Positions 48,639 through 59,301 of a stretch of 64,000 nucleotides of DNA are shown piece after piece. The DNA comes from Promethearchaeota archaeon (GTDB taxonomy: Archaea > Asgardarchaeota > Hermodarchaeia > Hermodarchaeales > Hermodarchaeaceae): NCBI GenBank assembly GCA_048939625.1, contig JBHLPH010000005.1, positions 32,001 to 96,000 of the forward strand. The letters run 5' to 3'. The notes beneath the pieces are model-generated. The model made no database searches, had not been told where the DNA came from, and saw nothing but the letters and a program-made list of their open reading frames with translations. The first letter of the stretch is position 1. Every line of letters begins with the position of its first letter. A program made the position numbers and the translations under genes.

Positions 48639-49226
48639 ATGGAACTACGAAAAATCAAACGTGAAATCCGGATTTTGGGAGTGGACGATGCACGATTTAC
48701 ACGTGGCCAAGATTCATGGACCAGATTAGTGGGGGTTATCTTTCGAGGAGGAGACTACATTGAAGGCTGCCTTCAAATTCCCATTCGTGTTGATGGACAA
48801 GATGCTACTGCCCAGCTGATCAAAATGATCAAGGACTCCCCCCATTATGGACAAGTGCGATTAATTATGACGCGTGACACAATATTTGGTGGAGTTAATG
48901 TTCTCCATTTGCACGAGTTATGTGAAAGAACGAATCTACCAGTAATCGCAGTCTCAGATTCTAAACCGGATATGCAGCAAGTGAAAAAAGCACTTCGTCA
49001 AATTGACCCTTCTGGTTGGGAGCATCGTTTTACCGTACTTCAAGCTTCAGGTCCTATTCGAGAAGTTGAATCCCGACCCGGTCGGGGGCCAGTTTATATG
49101 CAGTGGAAGGGGCTCCCGTTTAAGCAGGCTGTGGAGGTTATTCAGAAAACCTCGACTCGAAGTCGGATACCAGAACCGATTCGCGTTGCACATCTTATTG
49201 CTTCAAGTTTTGTCCCGGACAAATAA
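48639..49226 (+). CDS. DUF99 / UPF0215 family protein
   Basis: RILGVDD, VDGQDAT, FGGVNV, PVIAV, IPEPIRVAHLIAS. Confidence 0.9.
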   Translation: MELRKIKREIRILGVDDARFTRGQDSWTRLVGVIFRGGDYIEGCLQIPIRVDGQDATAQLIKMIKDSPHYGQVRLIMTRDTIFGGVNVLHLHELCERTNLPVIAVSDSKPDMQQVKKALRQIDPSGWEHRFTVLQASGPIREVESRPGRGPVYMQWKGLPFKQAVEVIQKTSTRSRIPEPIRVAHLIASSFVPDK

Positions 49227-49827
49227 ACAGATCTGGATTGTATTGTGTCTGAACTCCGAAATGCTGAAGAAATTTTACGACCAATTCGATGGGAAGTCCG
49301 ATAACTCCCGTGTAGCTCCCTTCAATAGATTCGACAAACATATTGCCTTTCCCTTGGATAGCATAGCCACCTGCTTTGCCGATTGGCTCCTTAGTAAACA
49401 GGTACTCTTGGAGCTCATTATTGGTAGCAGATTTGAAAGTCACCTTCGTCCACTTATGTCCGATTTTCGTTTCCTGAGATTCAACCTTGACCACGGCAGT
49501 TGCACTGATGACGCGATGTTTTTTGCCAACAAGCTCTTTGAGCATTTGGTATGCCTCAGTAGGGGTTATGGGTTTTCCTAAGACTTTATTTTGGTCGGTG
49601 ATGACGAGTGTGTCACCGCCAATTACTATTCCAGTTTCAAGTGAAGCGACTACACTTAGGGCTTTTTGAAGAGCATTTCCACGGACTGCCCGGACAATTT
49701 GGCTATCTGTACCGCTTTGAAGGCGCTTCTCCTTTATTTGGGGAGTAAGGACCTCAAAGTCAAGACCAAGCTGAGTTAATAAAGAGGCACGGCGTGGTGA
49801 GTTAGAAGCTAGAAATAGGCGAGACAT
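49195..49827 (-). CDS. maf: Maf-like nucleoside-triphosphate pyrophosphatase
   Basis: LASNSPRR, GGDT, LGKP, KAGGYAIQG, GVIGLP. Confidence 0.92.
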   Translation of the reverse strand: MSRLFLASNSPRRASLLTQLGLDFEVLTPQIKEKRLQSGTDSQIVRAVRGNALQKALSVVASLETGIVIGGDTLVITDQNKVLGKPITPTEAYQMLKELVGKKHRVISATAVVKVESQETKIGHKWTKVTFKSATNNELQEYLFTKEPIGKAGGYAIQGKGNMFVESIEGSYTGVIGLPIELVVKFLQHFGVQTQYNPDLFICPGQNLKQ

Positions 49828-49840
49828 AAGTAGTGACCAA

Positions 49841-50320
49841 TTAGGACCCATTGTATAAGAGATTCGTGGATTCTTTGTATGTAGCCATGGCACAGATGGT
49901 TTGGGCACGTTCGATTAATTTTGGTTCACGCAACTCTGAATTAATTATTGCTTCAAGTTCACCGATATCTTTTGCTCGAATTTTGAGTAGAAGGTCCCAG
50001 TCACCTGTAACCGTATGAGCTTCGAGAATCGCGGGGTGTGAGGCGATCTTGGCGATTAATTCACGATCGCTTTTCGGTTCAGAGGATTCAAGGGAGTTCC
50101 GATTAATCGATACAAATACAAAAGAAACGAGGGGTTTATCGAGTTTCTCCGGATTTAGAATGGCACGAAATGAGGCTATATGTCCTGAGTTGGTGAGTTT
50201 CTTGATCCGGTTGTGAACTGTAGTTACGGGGATGTCAGTAGCGTTCGCTATAGCATTGGTGCGTTGACGGCAATCACGCTCAAGTTCCCGTAGGATCTTT
50301 TTGTCTTTATCGTCGAGCAT
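49841..50320 (-). CDS. Lrp/AsnC family regulator
   Basis: MLDDKDKKILREL...TTVHNRIKKL...VTGDWDLLLKI. Confidence 0.92.
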   Translation of the reverse strand: MLDDKDKKILRELERDCRQRTNAIANATDIPVTTVHNRIKKLTNSGHIASFRAILNPEKLDKPLVSFVFVSINRNSLESSEPKSDRELIAKIASHPAILEAHTVTGDWDLLLKIRAKDIGELEAIINSELREPKLIERAQTICAMATYKESTNLLYNGS

Positions 50321-50562
50321 GGATGTGATTCCCCTTTCGTGCATGCTCCTTTTGGAGAAGGACTCCTCAAGTAGGTGTTTTCCAATGACTGCTTTTAAGT
50401 AGTCCGATGAGTTTGGACCTAGATTTTGGTAATAAAGGAATTCGAAACCACCTCTAAGGGCACAAAAATGCAATTAAACGAAGCATCTAATTTGGGAGAA
50501 GCTTTAAATTTATGAATCCGGAGTCCTGTTACTGAGGATAGTTCTCTCTAGGTGAAGCCGAA

Positions 50563-50775
50563 ATGTCAATTCAGTCCGACAATCTTGATCCACGCTATCT
50601 GCGAGGAGTAATTGATGCACTCGAACTGGTAGCCTCTTTTCTTGCATGGAAAGCAGAACACCCAAACAGTAAGCGCTCTGCCAAAGAGTTCCTTGAAACT
50701 GCTATAGAGCAATTGGAAAAGAAGACCCATCATAAATTGGATGAAGTATTGGGGATAGAGCTGGGAGACGAATAA
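50563..50775 (+). CDS. Small hypothetical protein
   Basis: GGTGA RBS, TATA TTTAAAT upstream, helical YLRGVIDALE motif. Confidence 0.75.
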   Translation: MSIQSDNLDPRYLRGVIDALELVASFLAWKAEHPNSKRSAKEFLETAIEQLEKKTHHKLDEVLGIELGDE

Positions 50776-50817
50776 CCCCGCACAGATTCAATTATCGTAA
50801 CGATTTCAAGTATGTGT

Positions 50818-51633
50818 TTAGTCATCAAGTTGAAGCTGGGTCTGTCGATTTCGTTTAGCGAGTTCTTGAAGAGTATTGATTGTCGCAAGTAATTGACTTT
50901 TAGCTTGGGTTTTTGTTGACGCTGTTGCCGTTACCGAAACTCGGAGAGGCAGCCGACTTTGATATGGTCGGGGGAGAGATTTCAGATACACATCTTGACT
51001 GCTCGCGAGAACCTTATCAAGGAGAGGGGCTAGTACTGATTCATCGAGAATAGGTACTTGTATTGTTCTTTGAACCACAACCTTTTTTGTGAGAAGGGCA
51101 ATCCTGGGAGCCACTGCTTCCATAAAAATCGCGTAAAGCTCTTGAGGGACTCCTGGAAGACAGTAGATATGAGTCGTATTCTGCTGTATATGAATACCCG
51201 GAGCTGTTCCAACACTGTTTGGAAGTGGTTCTGCGCCATGGGGGAGATTTGCCATTTTTTTTCGGGCAGAAGAGATCGCACTGGACTCAACTAGTCCTTG
51301 GCGTTTTAAGGTGTTATATCGATCCGTGACCATTGCTAATGCTTGAGGATGAAGCTCAAGGGGGGCTTCTAAAGCCAAGGCAAGACCTTTTGCAGTGAGA
51401 TCATCAAAGGTTGGTCCAAGACCACCTGTAGTAATTAGAAGGGTTGTTTGCCTTTCAAGGCAGGCTCGAATGGCATTAACAATAACCTCAATGTTGTCCT
51501 CAATGACCTGCATCTGTTGGACGGGAAGGCTAAGTTCGAGAAGACGTTGCGCAAGCCACTGGGAATTAGTGTCCAGAGTATGCCCAGAGAGGATTTCATT
51601 TCCTATGATTAATAATTCAACACGAAGCATCAT
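50818..51633 (-). CDS. CinA N-terminal-like molybdopterin-binding-fold protein
   Basis: IGNEILSG..DTNS, TGGLGPTFDDLT, GTAPG, LPGVP; no C-terminal NMN deamidase domain. Confidence 0.88.
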   Translation of the reverse strand: MMLRVELLIIGNEILSGHTLDTNSQWLAQRLLELSLPVQQMQVIEDNIEVIVNAIRACLERQTTLLITTGGLGPTFDDLTAKGLALALEAPLELHPQALAMVTDRYNTLKRQGLVESSAISSARKKMANLPHGAEPLPNSVGTAPGIHIQQNTTHIYCLPGVPQELYAIFMEAVAPRIALLTKKVVVQRTIQVPILDESVLAPLLDKVLASSQDVYLKSLPRPYQSRLPLRVSVTATASTKTQAKSQLLATINTLQELAKRNRQTQLQLDD

Positions 51634-53048
51634 GTATTTTCGCCAGAGGTTTGGCTGGACAACTGACTGAATTCATGCAAGAAATGCGTGAACCCCTTTT
51701 GGAAATGGCGGAGCCCTTCTATTACCACATATTCGTCCCGACCATGAGCATGACCCCCATGCCCTAGTCCACCGATGACAAATGGTTTCTTTAGCGGAGG
51801 ATCAGCATACACATAAAGGGGAACGCTAGACGGAAACATCGGCCAAACCTCCACATTATCAATTCCGACTTCGTAATAAGAGCGCATAAGGGCTTTGACT
51901 ATATGGGTGTTATCTGTAGTTTTTGCCCATTTCATAGTATAGCCAAGCTCAATTTCGACTAACTCTGCAAGTCCCAACTGCGCAATGTAATCTTTGACAC
52001 TTTGTAAGACTTGATTTGGGTCCTCGTTTGGAGTTAAGCGAATATCTACATGAGCTGAAGCATCACGAGGTAGAATCGTTTTGAAGGATCCACCGACATA
52101 TCCAGTTTGAATCCCAGAAATATTAACAGTCGGTTCAAAGAGAAATCGGCGTAGCAAATCCTGCATCGAATCCGCTTCAATAGTTAAATTTCGAGCGTCT
52201 AGTTGGAGTGCGGCGATTCCTGGATCAAAGGATTTCGCTAGAAGCGAGATAAGTCGTTCATCATCTTTCGTTGGCGGCTGGACATCATCAAGTAGACCAG
52301 GAATTAATGGATGTCCATGAATGTCTACAAGTTGTGAGAGTGTCTTTGCTAGAATATGAGCGGGATTTCGCATCCAACCAACTTCAGCTGAATGAAGATC
52401 GCGTGTTGAGGGCCCTTGACAGTGGAAGCGGAGAAACACGATTCCTTTGGTGCCTAGAAATAATCGAGCTATCCCGCGACGGTCTGTCGCGAAAAAGGGG
52501 TAATAGACCGCATCGGCTTTGTTTAACTCACGTTTGTAATCTTTTACAAATTGGGGAAGACTCGGGCTGCCACTTTCTTCTTCACTATCAACCACAATAA
52601 TCAGATTGACAGGGGGTTGTTCCCCCATATCTTGGATAATGGAAAGGGTTTCAAGCAGTGTCATAAGCGTGGCTTTCTGTGTATAAGCTCCCCTTGCAAT
52701 GAGACTGGGGCCAAATCGGGGATGGTCTTTGATTTCTGCTGCAAAAGGAGGGACAGACCACCAGGCCTCATTCTCAGTGGTCATAACATCGACGGAGGTA
52801 TGAATGAGCAGAGTAGGAGCTTTCTTTCCAGCTGAAAACCGACGGGCATATACAATGGGATTACTTGGTGTGCTAATGAGTTTTGTGTCGAAGTTTAATT
52901 CTTGAAGCTTTGAATAGACCAGATATGCAGTTCGATTGATGCCGGCTCCGGTACCACTGATACTGGGTTGCTGAAGAAAATTCTGTAATTGCTTTAGGGT
53001 TTTTTCAAAGTGGGCATCAATTTCTTCGAGGATGTTGCGTAGAATCAT
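51630..53048 (-). CDS. M20/M25/M40 family metallohydrolase
   Basis: PSIS, WSVPPF, ARGA, EEESGS, DLHS, AHGRDE. Confidence 0.88.
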   Translation of the reverse strand: MILRNILEEIDAHFEKTLKQLQNFLQQPSISGTGAGINRTAYLVYSKLQELNFDTKLISTPSNPIVYARRFSAGKKAPTLLIHTSVDVMTTENEAWWSVPPFAAEIKDHPRFGPSLIARGAYTQKATLMTLLETLSIIQDMGEQPPVNLIIVVDSEEESGSPSLPQFVKDYKRELNKADAVYYPFFATDRRGIARLFLGTKGIVFLRFHCQGPSTRDLHSAEVGWMRNPAHILAKTLSQLVDIHGHPLIPGLLDDVQPPTKDDERLISLLAKSFDPGIAALQLDARNLTIEADSMQDLLRRFLFEPTVNISGIQTGYVGGSFKTILPRDASAHVDIRLTPNEDPNQVLQSVKDYIAQLGLAELVEIELGYTMKWAKTTDNTHIVKALMRSYYEVGIDNVEVWPMFPSSVPLYVYADPPLKKPFVIGGLGHGGHAHGRDEYVVIEGLRHFQKGFTHFLHEFSQLSSQTSGENT

Positions 53049-53133
53049 CGGTTGATTCACCGACCTTTGACTTATTGAATACAGGGGCTGAATCAACTCG
53101 TGGTGTCTTCTTATTAAAAGCTCGTCGGTTACG

Positions 53134-55032
53134 CTATCCTATTTTTGTGGAGAAGCTACGTGCATGTAGCCAGCGGGTTTCCATTATGGTTCGAAGTAGT
53201 TCTACGTGATCTTCATGGCTTGAAGAGATTCCGATGACATTGGCAACGCCTTTTGAGGTATTCCCAAGGATGATTTGTTCAGAATCATGAATGACACCCC
53301 AAATATCTCCGCGGGGGTCATGACGGATTTGGAAATTAGAGTGTTTGTCCGCGATGCGTTGGAGGCTTTGAACTGCTTTTGAAGCAGGTGTGTCAGCTAC
53401 AACGATTCGAACGCGAACCTCTCGAGGAATCATTCGGAGGAGTTTTATTTTGAGTCGGATTGAACGAGGAAGAATAATGAAAAGTTGACTTCTTGCCCGG
53501 GCGATTTGACTCGCCATTTGGGATTGGAAGTCTTTTTCTCCAGCCACAAATTGGTAAAGGTCGAAGGCTGTGGGTTCTGATTCTTTTGAACGACGCCAGA
53601 ACTGATTCACACTTTGGGTGGCTAGAGACAGATTCCCTTCTGCTTCCTGTAATAAAGAAGTAATTTGGGCGTTGGTTGCTTGGATATATTCGTTCCGCCA
53701 CTCTGTGAATGTCTTAGGGATATCATGAGTGATTTTCGTTAAATGGCGTTCACTTTGAACAACCATTTGGTCCAATAGTGGAGAAAATTCCTGGCTTCGG
53801 ATTTGGTCGAGAATATCAGGAACTTCCGCTAACTGAGCATCTAATTCTCGTGCTTGCAAACTAACCTTTTTTACTGAATCTTCGAGTCCATCGGCAAATT
53901 GCTGTTGGAAGGTATAGGTAAGTTCTGCTAACCGATCTGCAAGGTTAGTAGAAGCTTTTTGATTGCGTTGAATCACTTCGCTAAAGGCTATGTTCAAGGC
54001 ATTTTGGACCCATGCAGCAAGTTGTTCACGGAGCTTCTCAAATTCTTGATGTGCCGCCTTAGCTACTTCTTCAAATCGTTCTTGGGCTTCTTGTAAGAGG
54101 TCTTGAATGGCTTCAGTTAACGAAACCTGGAAATTTGATTTCAGATGTTTGATCGCAGTCATAATATGGTCTTGAGCAAAATTCTCAATGACGCCTTTGA
54201 ATGCTCCCAACCGATATTTCGTTTCCATAAGATCCCCAAGGGAAGCTTCGAGGATACTTATCTCCTGTTCGAAATCAGCAAGGTGCTCTTCAACGATAGA
54301 TGGGGTAACGTTCCAGAGCTCAACAAGTGTTTCACGGAATTCATCAAGTTCATGAAGTCGAAAGGATTGTTCCCGCATATCGGAGAGGGATATATTGACG
54401 ATATCAAAAACGTCGTTTTTCAGTTTATTTAGCACATTGATGAAAGCGTCGATAGATTCGAAGTCGTTGAGTTGATTCCGCGTTTCCATCATTCGTTCAT
54501 CGACTTCAGCGAGAAGTTGCGTTTGTAGGTTTGTGGCAAAGCTTTCAAAGGAGGGGGCGGTTTGGATAGCGTGAACTTTTCCACGAAACCTTTCAAAGGC
54601 TGTGTCAAGTGATTTATCGATGTTAGTTCGTAGGGTTTCAAGCTGATAGGGTAGAGTGTCCACCTCTTTCTTGACTTTTACATCGAGGCCTGGGATACCT
54701 GATTCAAGGCGGTTAGGAAAATCCGTTTGAAGCTGTCGAAGGAGAGCGCGGACCCGGGTGAGTGCCATTAGAACTGCTTCGATGGGAGCCACTGCCTCAT
54801 AAGTTTCATCTGGATTTCTTCGGACTAATCCACAGGTCTGCAATTCTGAAAGGTACTGATCTGCTTTCTTTACCGATAAGCCATGCTGCTCTTCAATCTC
54901 GGCTTTAAGATAAGGACTCGGCTCAGCGGCTAATTCATAATATAAACTGACCGCAGCTGGAGAAATATGTAAAAGATCAGCTAGGGACGACTGTTTGTTT
55001 GGTTTAGACTCACGCTGTCCATTTGCCTCCAT
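53134..55032 (-). CDS. TrmB-like regulator with long helical insert
   Basis: N-terminal wHTH (LSELQTCGLV...YEAVAP), about 400 aa amphipathic helix, C-terminal ARSQLFIILP/VRIV/DSEQIILG TrmB-type domain. Confidence 0.65.
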   Translation of the reverse strand: MEANGQRESKPNKQSSLADLLHISPAAVSLYYELAAEPSPYLKAEIEEQHGLSVKKADQYLSELQTCGLVRRNPDETYEAVAPIEAVLMALTRVRALLRQLQTDFPNRLESGIPGLDVKVKKEVDTLPYQLETLRTNIDKSLDTAFERFRGKVHAIQTAPSFESFATNLQTQLLAEVDERMMETRNQLNDFESIDAFINVLNKLKNDVFDIVNISLSDMREQSFRLHELDEFRETLVELWNVTPSIVEEHLADFEQEISILEASLGDLMETKYRLGAFKGVIENFAQDHIMTAIKHLKSNFQVSLTEAIQDLLQEAQERFEEVAKAAHQEFEKLREQLAAWVQNALNIAFSEVIQRNQKASTNLADRLAELTYTFQQQFADGLEDSVKKVSLQARELDAQLAEVPDILDQIRSQEFSPLLDQMVVQSERHLTKITHDIPKTFTEWRNEYIQATNAQITSLLQEAEGNLSLATQSVNQFWRRSKESEPTAFDLYQFVAGEKDFQSQMASQIARARSQLFIILPRSIRLKIKLLRMIPREVRVRIVVADTPASKAVQSLQRIADKHSNFQIRHDPRGDIWGVIHDSEQIILGNTSKGVANVIGISSSHEDHVELLRTIMETRWLHARSFSTKIG

Positions 55033-55267
55033 GGAATAACCCCGCAATGGTGTGAAGGAAGCCCTCACTGGTCTTCATCTCTGAGTAACTCCTAATTATT
55101 CCTTCCCCTCTTTGGTTTCCCTTATAAACGGAGCCTAAGTTTCTTCGTAGTGCGTTCAAAAGGGAAAAAAATAGGCAAGTTGAATTACCATTAGACATTT
55201 TAACACATCAATCTTGTTACCGAAGGAGCTTGTGTAACACTATAAATTACAAGTTTGAGTGAGAACG

Positions 55268-56341
55268 ATGTCATCCGAATCAAAGTTTTCAAACTATCTT
55301 CTCAAAAAGTCGGATCTTCCCACTTTTGTAAATAAGTTGTCAAAGATTCTCACTATTTATGGTCCAGTGGCAACTCGTTCTCAATTCAAGTTTGATTGCA
55401 TTACTGATGGCGACCAACTCCGACTCGATTATGACACGACGATTTTACCACCCAAGAAGTATTTCTATCCACCCAAACAGGAAACCCTTAAATTTACACG
55501 TCGCCCCAAGCTCGAGATTCATGATACCCTTCAAGATTCACCAGACCAAGATGAATGGAATGGGAAAAAGTTCTTGGTTTTTGGTGTACACTCCTGTGAT
55601 TTAGCCGCTATCAGTTTTCATGACGCAATTCTGACTCAAATTTTTACAGATCCATATCGAACAAAACGCCGACAGGAGGGCATTATTTTTGGCCTGAGTT
55701 GTATAAAACCATGTCAAGATTCATTTTGCGTCTCTGCCGGATCTCTCACTTCAACAGATTGTGCTGATATAATGATTACACCATTCAGGCAATGGTATCA
55801 CTTTGCAATCCAAACTGAATTGGGTCTAAAGCTCATTGAATATGCCAAAGAGCTCTTCTCAAAGTCCCAACCTGCCCAAGAAAAAGAGCTCACCAAAGTC
55901 CTAAAAGACCGTGAATCACACTTTCCGAATCCTATCAGTAATTTCGAGAAAATGCCCGACCAACTCGATGCCACATATGAAGGCGAGATGTGGACACGAT
56001 ATGGACGCCGGTGTTTTGGTTGTGGGTCCTGCACAATGGTCTGTCCCACCTGTTTTTGTTTCGACGTCCATGATGAGGTTGATCTCAACCTCAAGGATGG
56101 GGCCCGGATTCGAACCTGGGATTCCTGCCAGCTAGTCGATTTTGCCTTGGTTGCAGGGGGGCATAATTTCCGACCAACTTTACCATCAAGGGTGCGATTT
56201 CGAATCTATCATAAGTTCCGAACGGAACCAGACCAGATTAACCAAATTGGATGCGTTGGTTGTGGAAGATGCACTCGCACCTGTCCAGCTGATATTGATA
56301 TGGTTGAATTATTATCTGATATTCAAAAAGGAGGAAACTAG
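55268..56341 (+). CDS. hydB: Group 3b NiFe hydrogenase/sulfhydrogenase beta (Fe-S) subunit
   Basis: PPKKYFYP, CFGCGSCTMVCPTCFC, RTWDSC, CVGCGRCTRTCP. Confidence 0.9.
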   Translation: MSSESKFSNYLLKKSDLPTFVNKLSKILTIYGPVATRSQFKFDCITDGDQLRLDYDTTILPPKKYFYPPKQETLKFTRRPKLEIHDTLQDSPDQDEWNGKKFLVFGVHSCDLAAISFHDAILTQIFTDPYRTKRRQEGIIFGLSCIKPCQDSFCVSAGSLTSTDCADIMITPFRQWYHFAIQTELGLKLIEYAKELFSKSQPAQEKELTKVLKDRESHFPNPISNFEKMPDQLDATYEGEMWTRYGRRCFGCGSCTMVCPTCFCFDVHDEVDLNLKDGARIRTWDSCQLVDFALVAGGHNFRPTLPSRVRFRIYHKFRTEPDQINQIGCVGCGRCTRTCPADIDMVELLSDIQKGGN

Positions 56342-57199
56342 ATGCAAATTCCAAAACCCGCTAAATCAGCAGAAAATCCCTATCAATATAACTTGGCCGA
56401 GTTAATACAAACTGAAGATCAAACCCCAGATACCAAGTTGTATACCTTCAGGTACCTTAACACAAAACAACAAGAGGAATTTTCGTTCACCGCAGGTCAG
56501 TATATGCTACTATCGATCTTTGGGTTTGGTGAAGCCCCCTTTGGTGTCTGTTCATCTCCAAACAAAACTAACGATATTCAGTTAACAATCAGGAACGTAG
56601 GTCACCTGACAAATGCCTTAGATAAACTACCTGTTGGTTCACATGTGGGATTACGCGGACCATACGGTAATGGTTGGCCTATGGATGAGTTATTGGGCAA
56701 AGATGTCGTCCTTATCACGGGTGGAATGGGTCTTGTTCCATTGCGCCCTGTCATTTTAGAGATCCTTGAAAACCGAGACAATTTTGGAAAGTTACAGATA
56801 CTTTATGGTGCCCGCTGTCCTGAAGAGCTATTGTATAAAGATGAACTCTACCTTTGGGAAAATCGACGAGATGTCGAATATGTTGCCACGGTTGATCGGG
56901 ATGACGAACACTGCTGGGCGGGAAATATTGGAGTTGTAACCACACTCTTTGATAGGTTGACAATTTCTGCCAAGAACGCAATCGCCTGTATATGTGGTCC
57001 ACCAATCATGTACCGATTTGTGATTCGAGATCTGCATAATTTGCACTTCTCAGATGAACAAATCTACCTCTCGTTAGAACGTCGAATGAAATGTGGGGTC
57101 GGTCACTGTAGCCATTGCATCGTCGGAACTAAATTTGTGTGCCAAGATGGTCCAGTCTTTCGATATGACGAGGCAAAGACACTACGAGGTGCCGTCTAA
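56342..57199 (+). CDS. hydG: Sulfhydrogenase gamma (FAD/NAD(P)-binding) subunit
   Basis: RGPYGNG, GGMGLVP, CGPPIM, ERRMKCGVGHCSHC, CQDGPVF. Confidence 0.9.
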   Translation: MQIPKPAKSAENPYQYNLAELIQTEDQTPDTKLYTFRYLNTKQQEEFSFTAGQYMLLSIFGFGEAPFGVCSSPNKTNDIQLTIRNVGHLTNALDKLPVGSHVGLRGPYGNGWPMDELLGKDVVLITGGMGLVPLRPVILEILENRDNFGKLQILYGARCPEELLYKDELYLWENRRDVEYVATVDRDDEHCWAGNIGVVTTLFDRLTISAKNAIACICGPPIMYRFVIRDLHNLHFSDEQIYLSLERRMKCGVGHCSHCIVGTKFVCQDGPVFRYDEAKTLRGAV

Positions 57200-57215
57200 A
57201 GAAGGTGAAACCAGA

Positions 57216-58010
57216 GTGACAGAAAATACCGAGAAACCAGTAGTGGCGTTTTTTGGACTGACCTGCTGTGCAGGATGCCAGCTAGAAATTCTCAACCAAG
57301 AAGATCGATTACTCGATATTCTCGGCGCCATTAACTTAGTTCAGTTTCGGATGGGTAGCTCTGCCACACATCCAGGTCCTTATGATGTCTGCTTTATCGA
57401 AGGATCCGTGACCAATGAGGATGAACTAACCAAACTCAAGGAACTCCGCGAAAAGTCCAATGTGCTTGTAGCTATGGGTGCATGTGCGACAACAGGTGGC
57501 GTAAATGCCATGCGAAATGGTCGCAATATTGAGGAGTTAAAACAGAACGTCTATACAGATGCATCGCATGTAAAAACTCTACCCAATATTTTGCCCTTGA
57601 GAGAATATGTGAAAATCGATTACGAGCTGCAAGGCTGTCCAATAAATGGAGTCGAGTTTCTTGAAATGCTCAGCGCATTACTGACTGGTGGAAATCCACG
57701 GCAAAAGAATTATTCCGTTTGTGTTGAGTGTCGATTAAAAGAAAATGAATGTCTGATGAAGCAGGGGAAACTCTGTCTTGGTCCAATAACACGTGCAGGG
57801 TGTGGTGCCCTTTGTCCAAGTGTCAATTTTCCCTGTGAAGGATGTTGGGGTCCTGTACCGCAGGCCAACGTGGACTCAGAAATCGACATGTTTTCCGCAA
57901 AGGGAGCTAGCTTCGATACAGTGGTTCGGAAATTCCGAATGTTTAATGCGGCTTCTGAGGATTTTGTCAAAGAATTGCGAAAGAGGTTGAATATTGAATG
58001 GCTAAAGTAA
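57216..58010 (+). CDS. hydD: NiFe hydrogenase small (delta) subunit
   Basis: LTCCAGC, EGSV, GACATTGG, GCP, CLGPITRAGC; GTG start after AGGTGA. Confidence 0.9.
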   Translation: MTENTEKPVVAFFGLTCCAGCQLEILNQEDRLLDILGAINLVQFRMGSSATHPGPYDVCFIEGSVTNEDELTKLKELREKSNVLVAMGACATTGGVNAMRNGRNIEELKQNVYTDASHVKTLPNILPLREYVKIDYELQGCPINGVEFLEMLSALLTGGNPRQKNYSVCVECRLKENECLMKQGKLCLGPITRAGCGALCPSVNFPCEGCWGPVPQANVDSEIDMFSAKGASFDTVVRKFRMFNAASEDFVKELRKRLNIEWLK

Positions 58011-59275
58011 CATTTGAACTCAAGCACGTTGCTCGTGTCGAAGGACATGGCAATCTCTTTGTTGAGACTCAAAAGGGAAAAGCACCACGAATCGAAATGC
58101 AAATCACAGAAGGAACCCGCCTCTTTGAATCCTTTCTACGTGGCCACACCTATGATGAAGTCTCACATATCATGTCCAGGATCTGTGGTATATGCAGTCA
58201 ATCCCACGCGGTTGCCGCCCTTCGAGGCGTTGAAGCCGCCATGCAAATCGAACCTTCCAAAGAAACCATAGCCCTTCGAAAACTCATGTTGATTGGAGAT
58301 ATGCTTGAAAGCCATGCACTACATATCAACTTCCTAGCTCTTCCTGACTACTTGGGAGCGCGAAACGTAGTAGAACTCCTTCCCAAATACCAGAATGAAG
58401 TTAGTCGCGCTTTGCAACTAAAGAAACTCGGGAACGATTTAATGGCATTAGTTGGTGGACGACATACACACGCCCTCTGTGCCGTTATTGGCGGATTCAC
58501 CCAAGTCCCTACCAAGAACCAGCTAGACAGTATGCATCAACGATTACGCGCAGCGATTCCTGAAGCAAAAGCACAAATCGAATTGCTAGCATCATTTACG
58601 GAGCCACAGCTTATACACCAGAGCCAGTATCTGGCGCTAAAACACCCCAACGAATTTCCTCTTCATGATGGAACCCTTACAACGGATACAGGATTGGCAG
58701 TTCCTGAGGTTGATTACGCATCCCTTATCACCGAGCACAACGTTCCCTATGCACATGCAAAATTCAGTGAAATCCAAGGTAAACCGTACTTTGTTGGATC
58801 CTTACCTCGATTAAACATTGCAGCCAATCAGCTTCTCGATGAAGCTAAAGCAATGATACATCAAATCGGATTCAAAGTTCCTAGCTATGATACTTTCCAT
58901 AATAATCTCGCACAAGCCATCGAATATCTACACTATATTGAATATGCAAGCGAGATTATTGACTCACTTTCTGATCGTCCATTGAAAGCAGAAACTGTCG
59001 ATTATAAAGTTAGAACCGGTTCAAGTGCTGCAGCAGTTGAAGCACCACGGGGCCTATTGATTCATGAGTATTCCATCGATGAGAAAGGAAAAGTAATCGG
59101 TGCGAATGTCATCACCCCAACCGCGATGAATTATACTAATATCGAATCTGATGTCAAGGCTTTGTTACCTCAGCTAAAAGGGAAATCCTCCAAAGAGTCG
59201 GAATTGCAATTGAATATGCTCATTCGAGCCTATGACCCCTGTATATCGTGTTCCGTTCATTACATCCAAATTTAA
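57998..59275 (+). CDS. hydA: NiFe hydrogenase large (alpha) subunit, group 3b
   Basis: RVEGHG, RICGIC, EAPRG, RAYDPCISCSVH plus 4-aa extension. Confidence 0.93.
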   Translation: MAKVTFELKHVARVEGHGNLFVETQKGKAPRIEMQITEGTRLFESFLRGHTYDEVSHIMSRICGICSQSHAVAALRGVEAAMQIEPSKETIALRKLMLIGDMLESHALHINFLALPDYLGARNVVELLPKYQNEVSRALQLKKLGNDLMALVGGRHTHALCAVIGGFTQVPTKNQLDSMHQRLRAAIPEAKAQIELLASFTEPQLIHQSQYLALKHPNEFPLHDGTLTTDTGLAVPEVDYASLITEHNVPYAHAKFSEIQGKPYFVGSLPRLNIAANQLLDEAKAMIHQIGFKVPSYDTFHNNLAQAIEYLHYIEYASEIIDSLSDRPLKAETVDYKVRTGSSAAAVEAPRGLLIHEYSIDEKGKVIGANVITPTAMNYTNIESDVKALLPQLKGKSSKESELQLNMLIRAYDPCISCSVHYIQI

Positions 59276-59301
59276 TAATCTCTAGCTAGCACTTCTTACA
59301 G

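Noticed and set aside
56095-56130. tRNA T-arm-like GGTTCGAATCC on the minus strand
   Set aside because: Lies inside hydB, encoding the conserved GARIRTWDSC motif; no cloverleaf can be built
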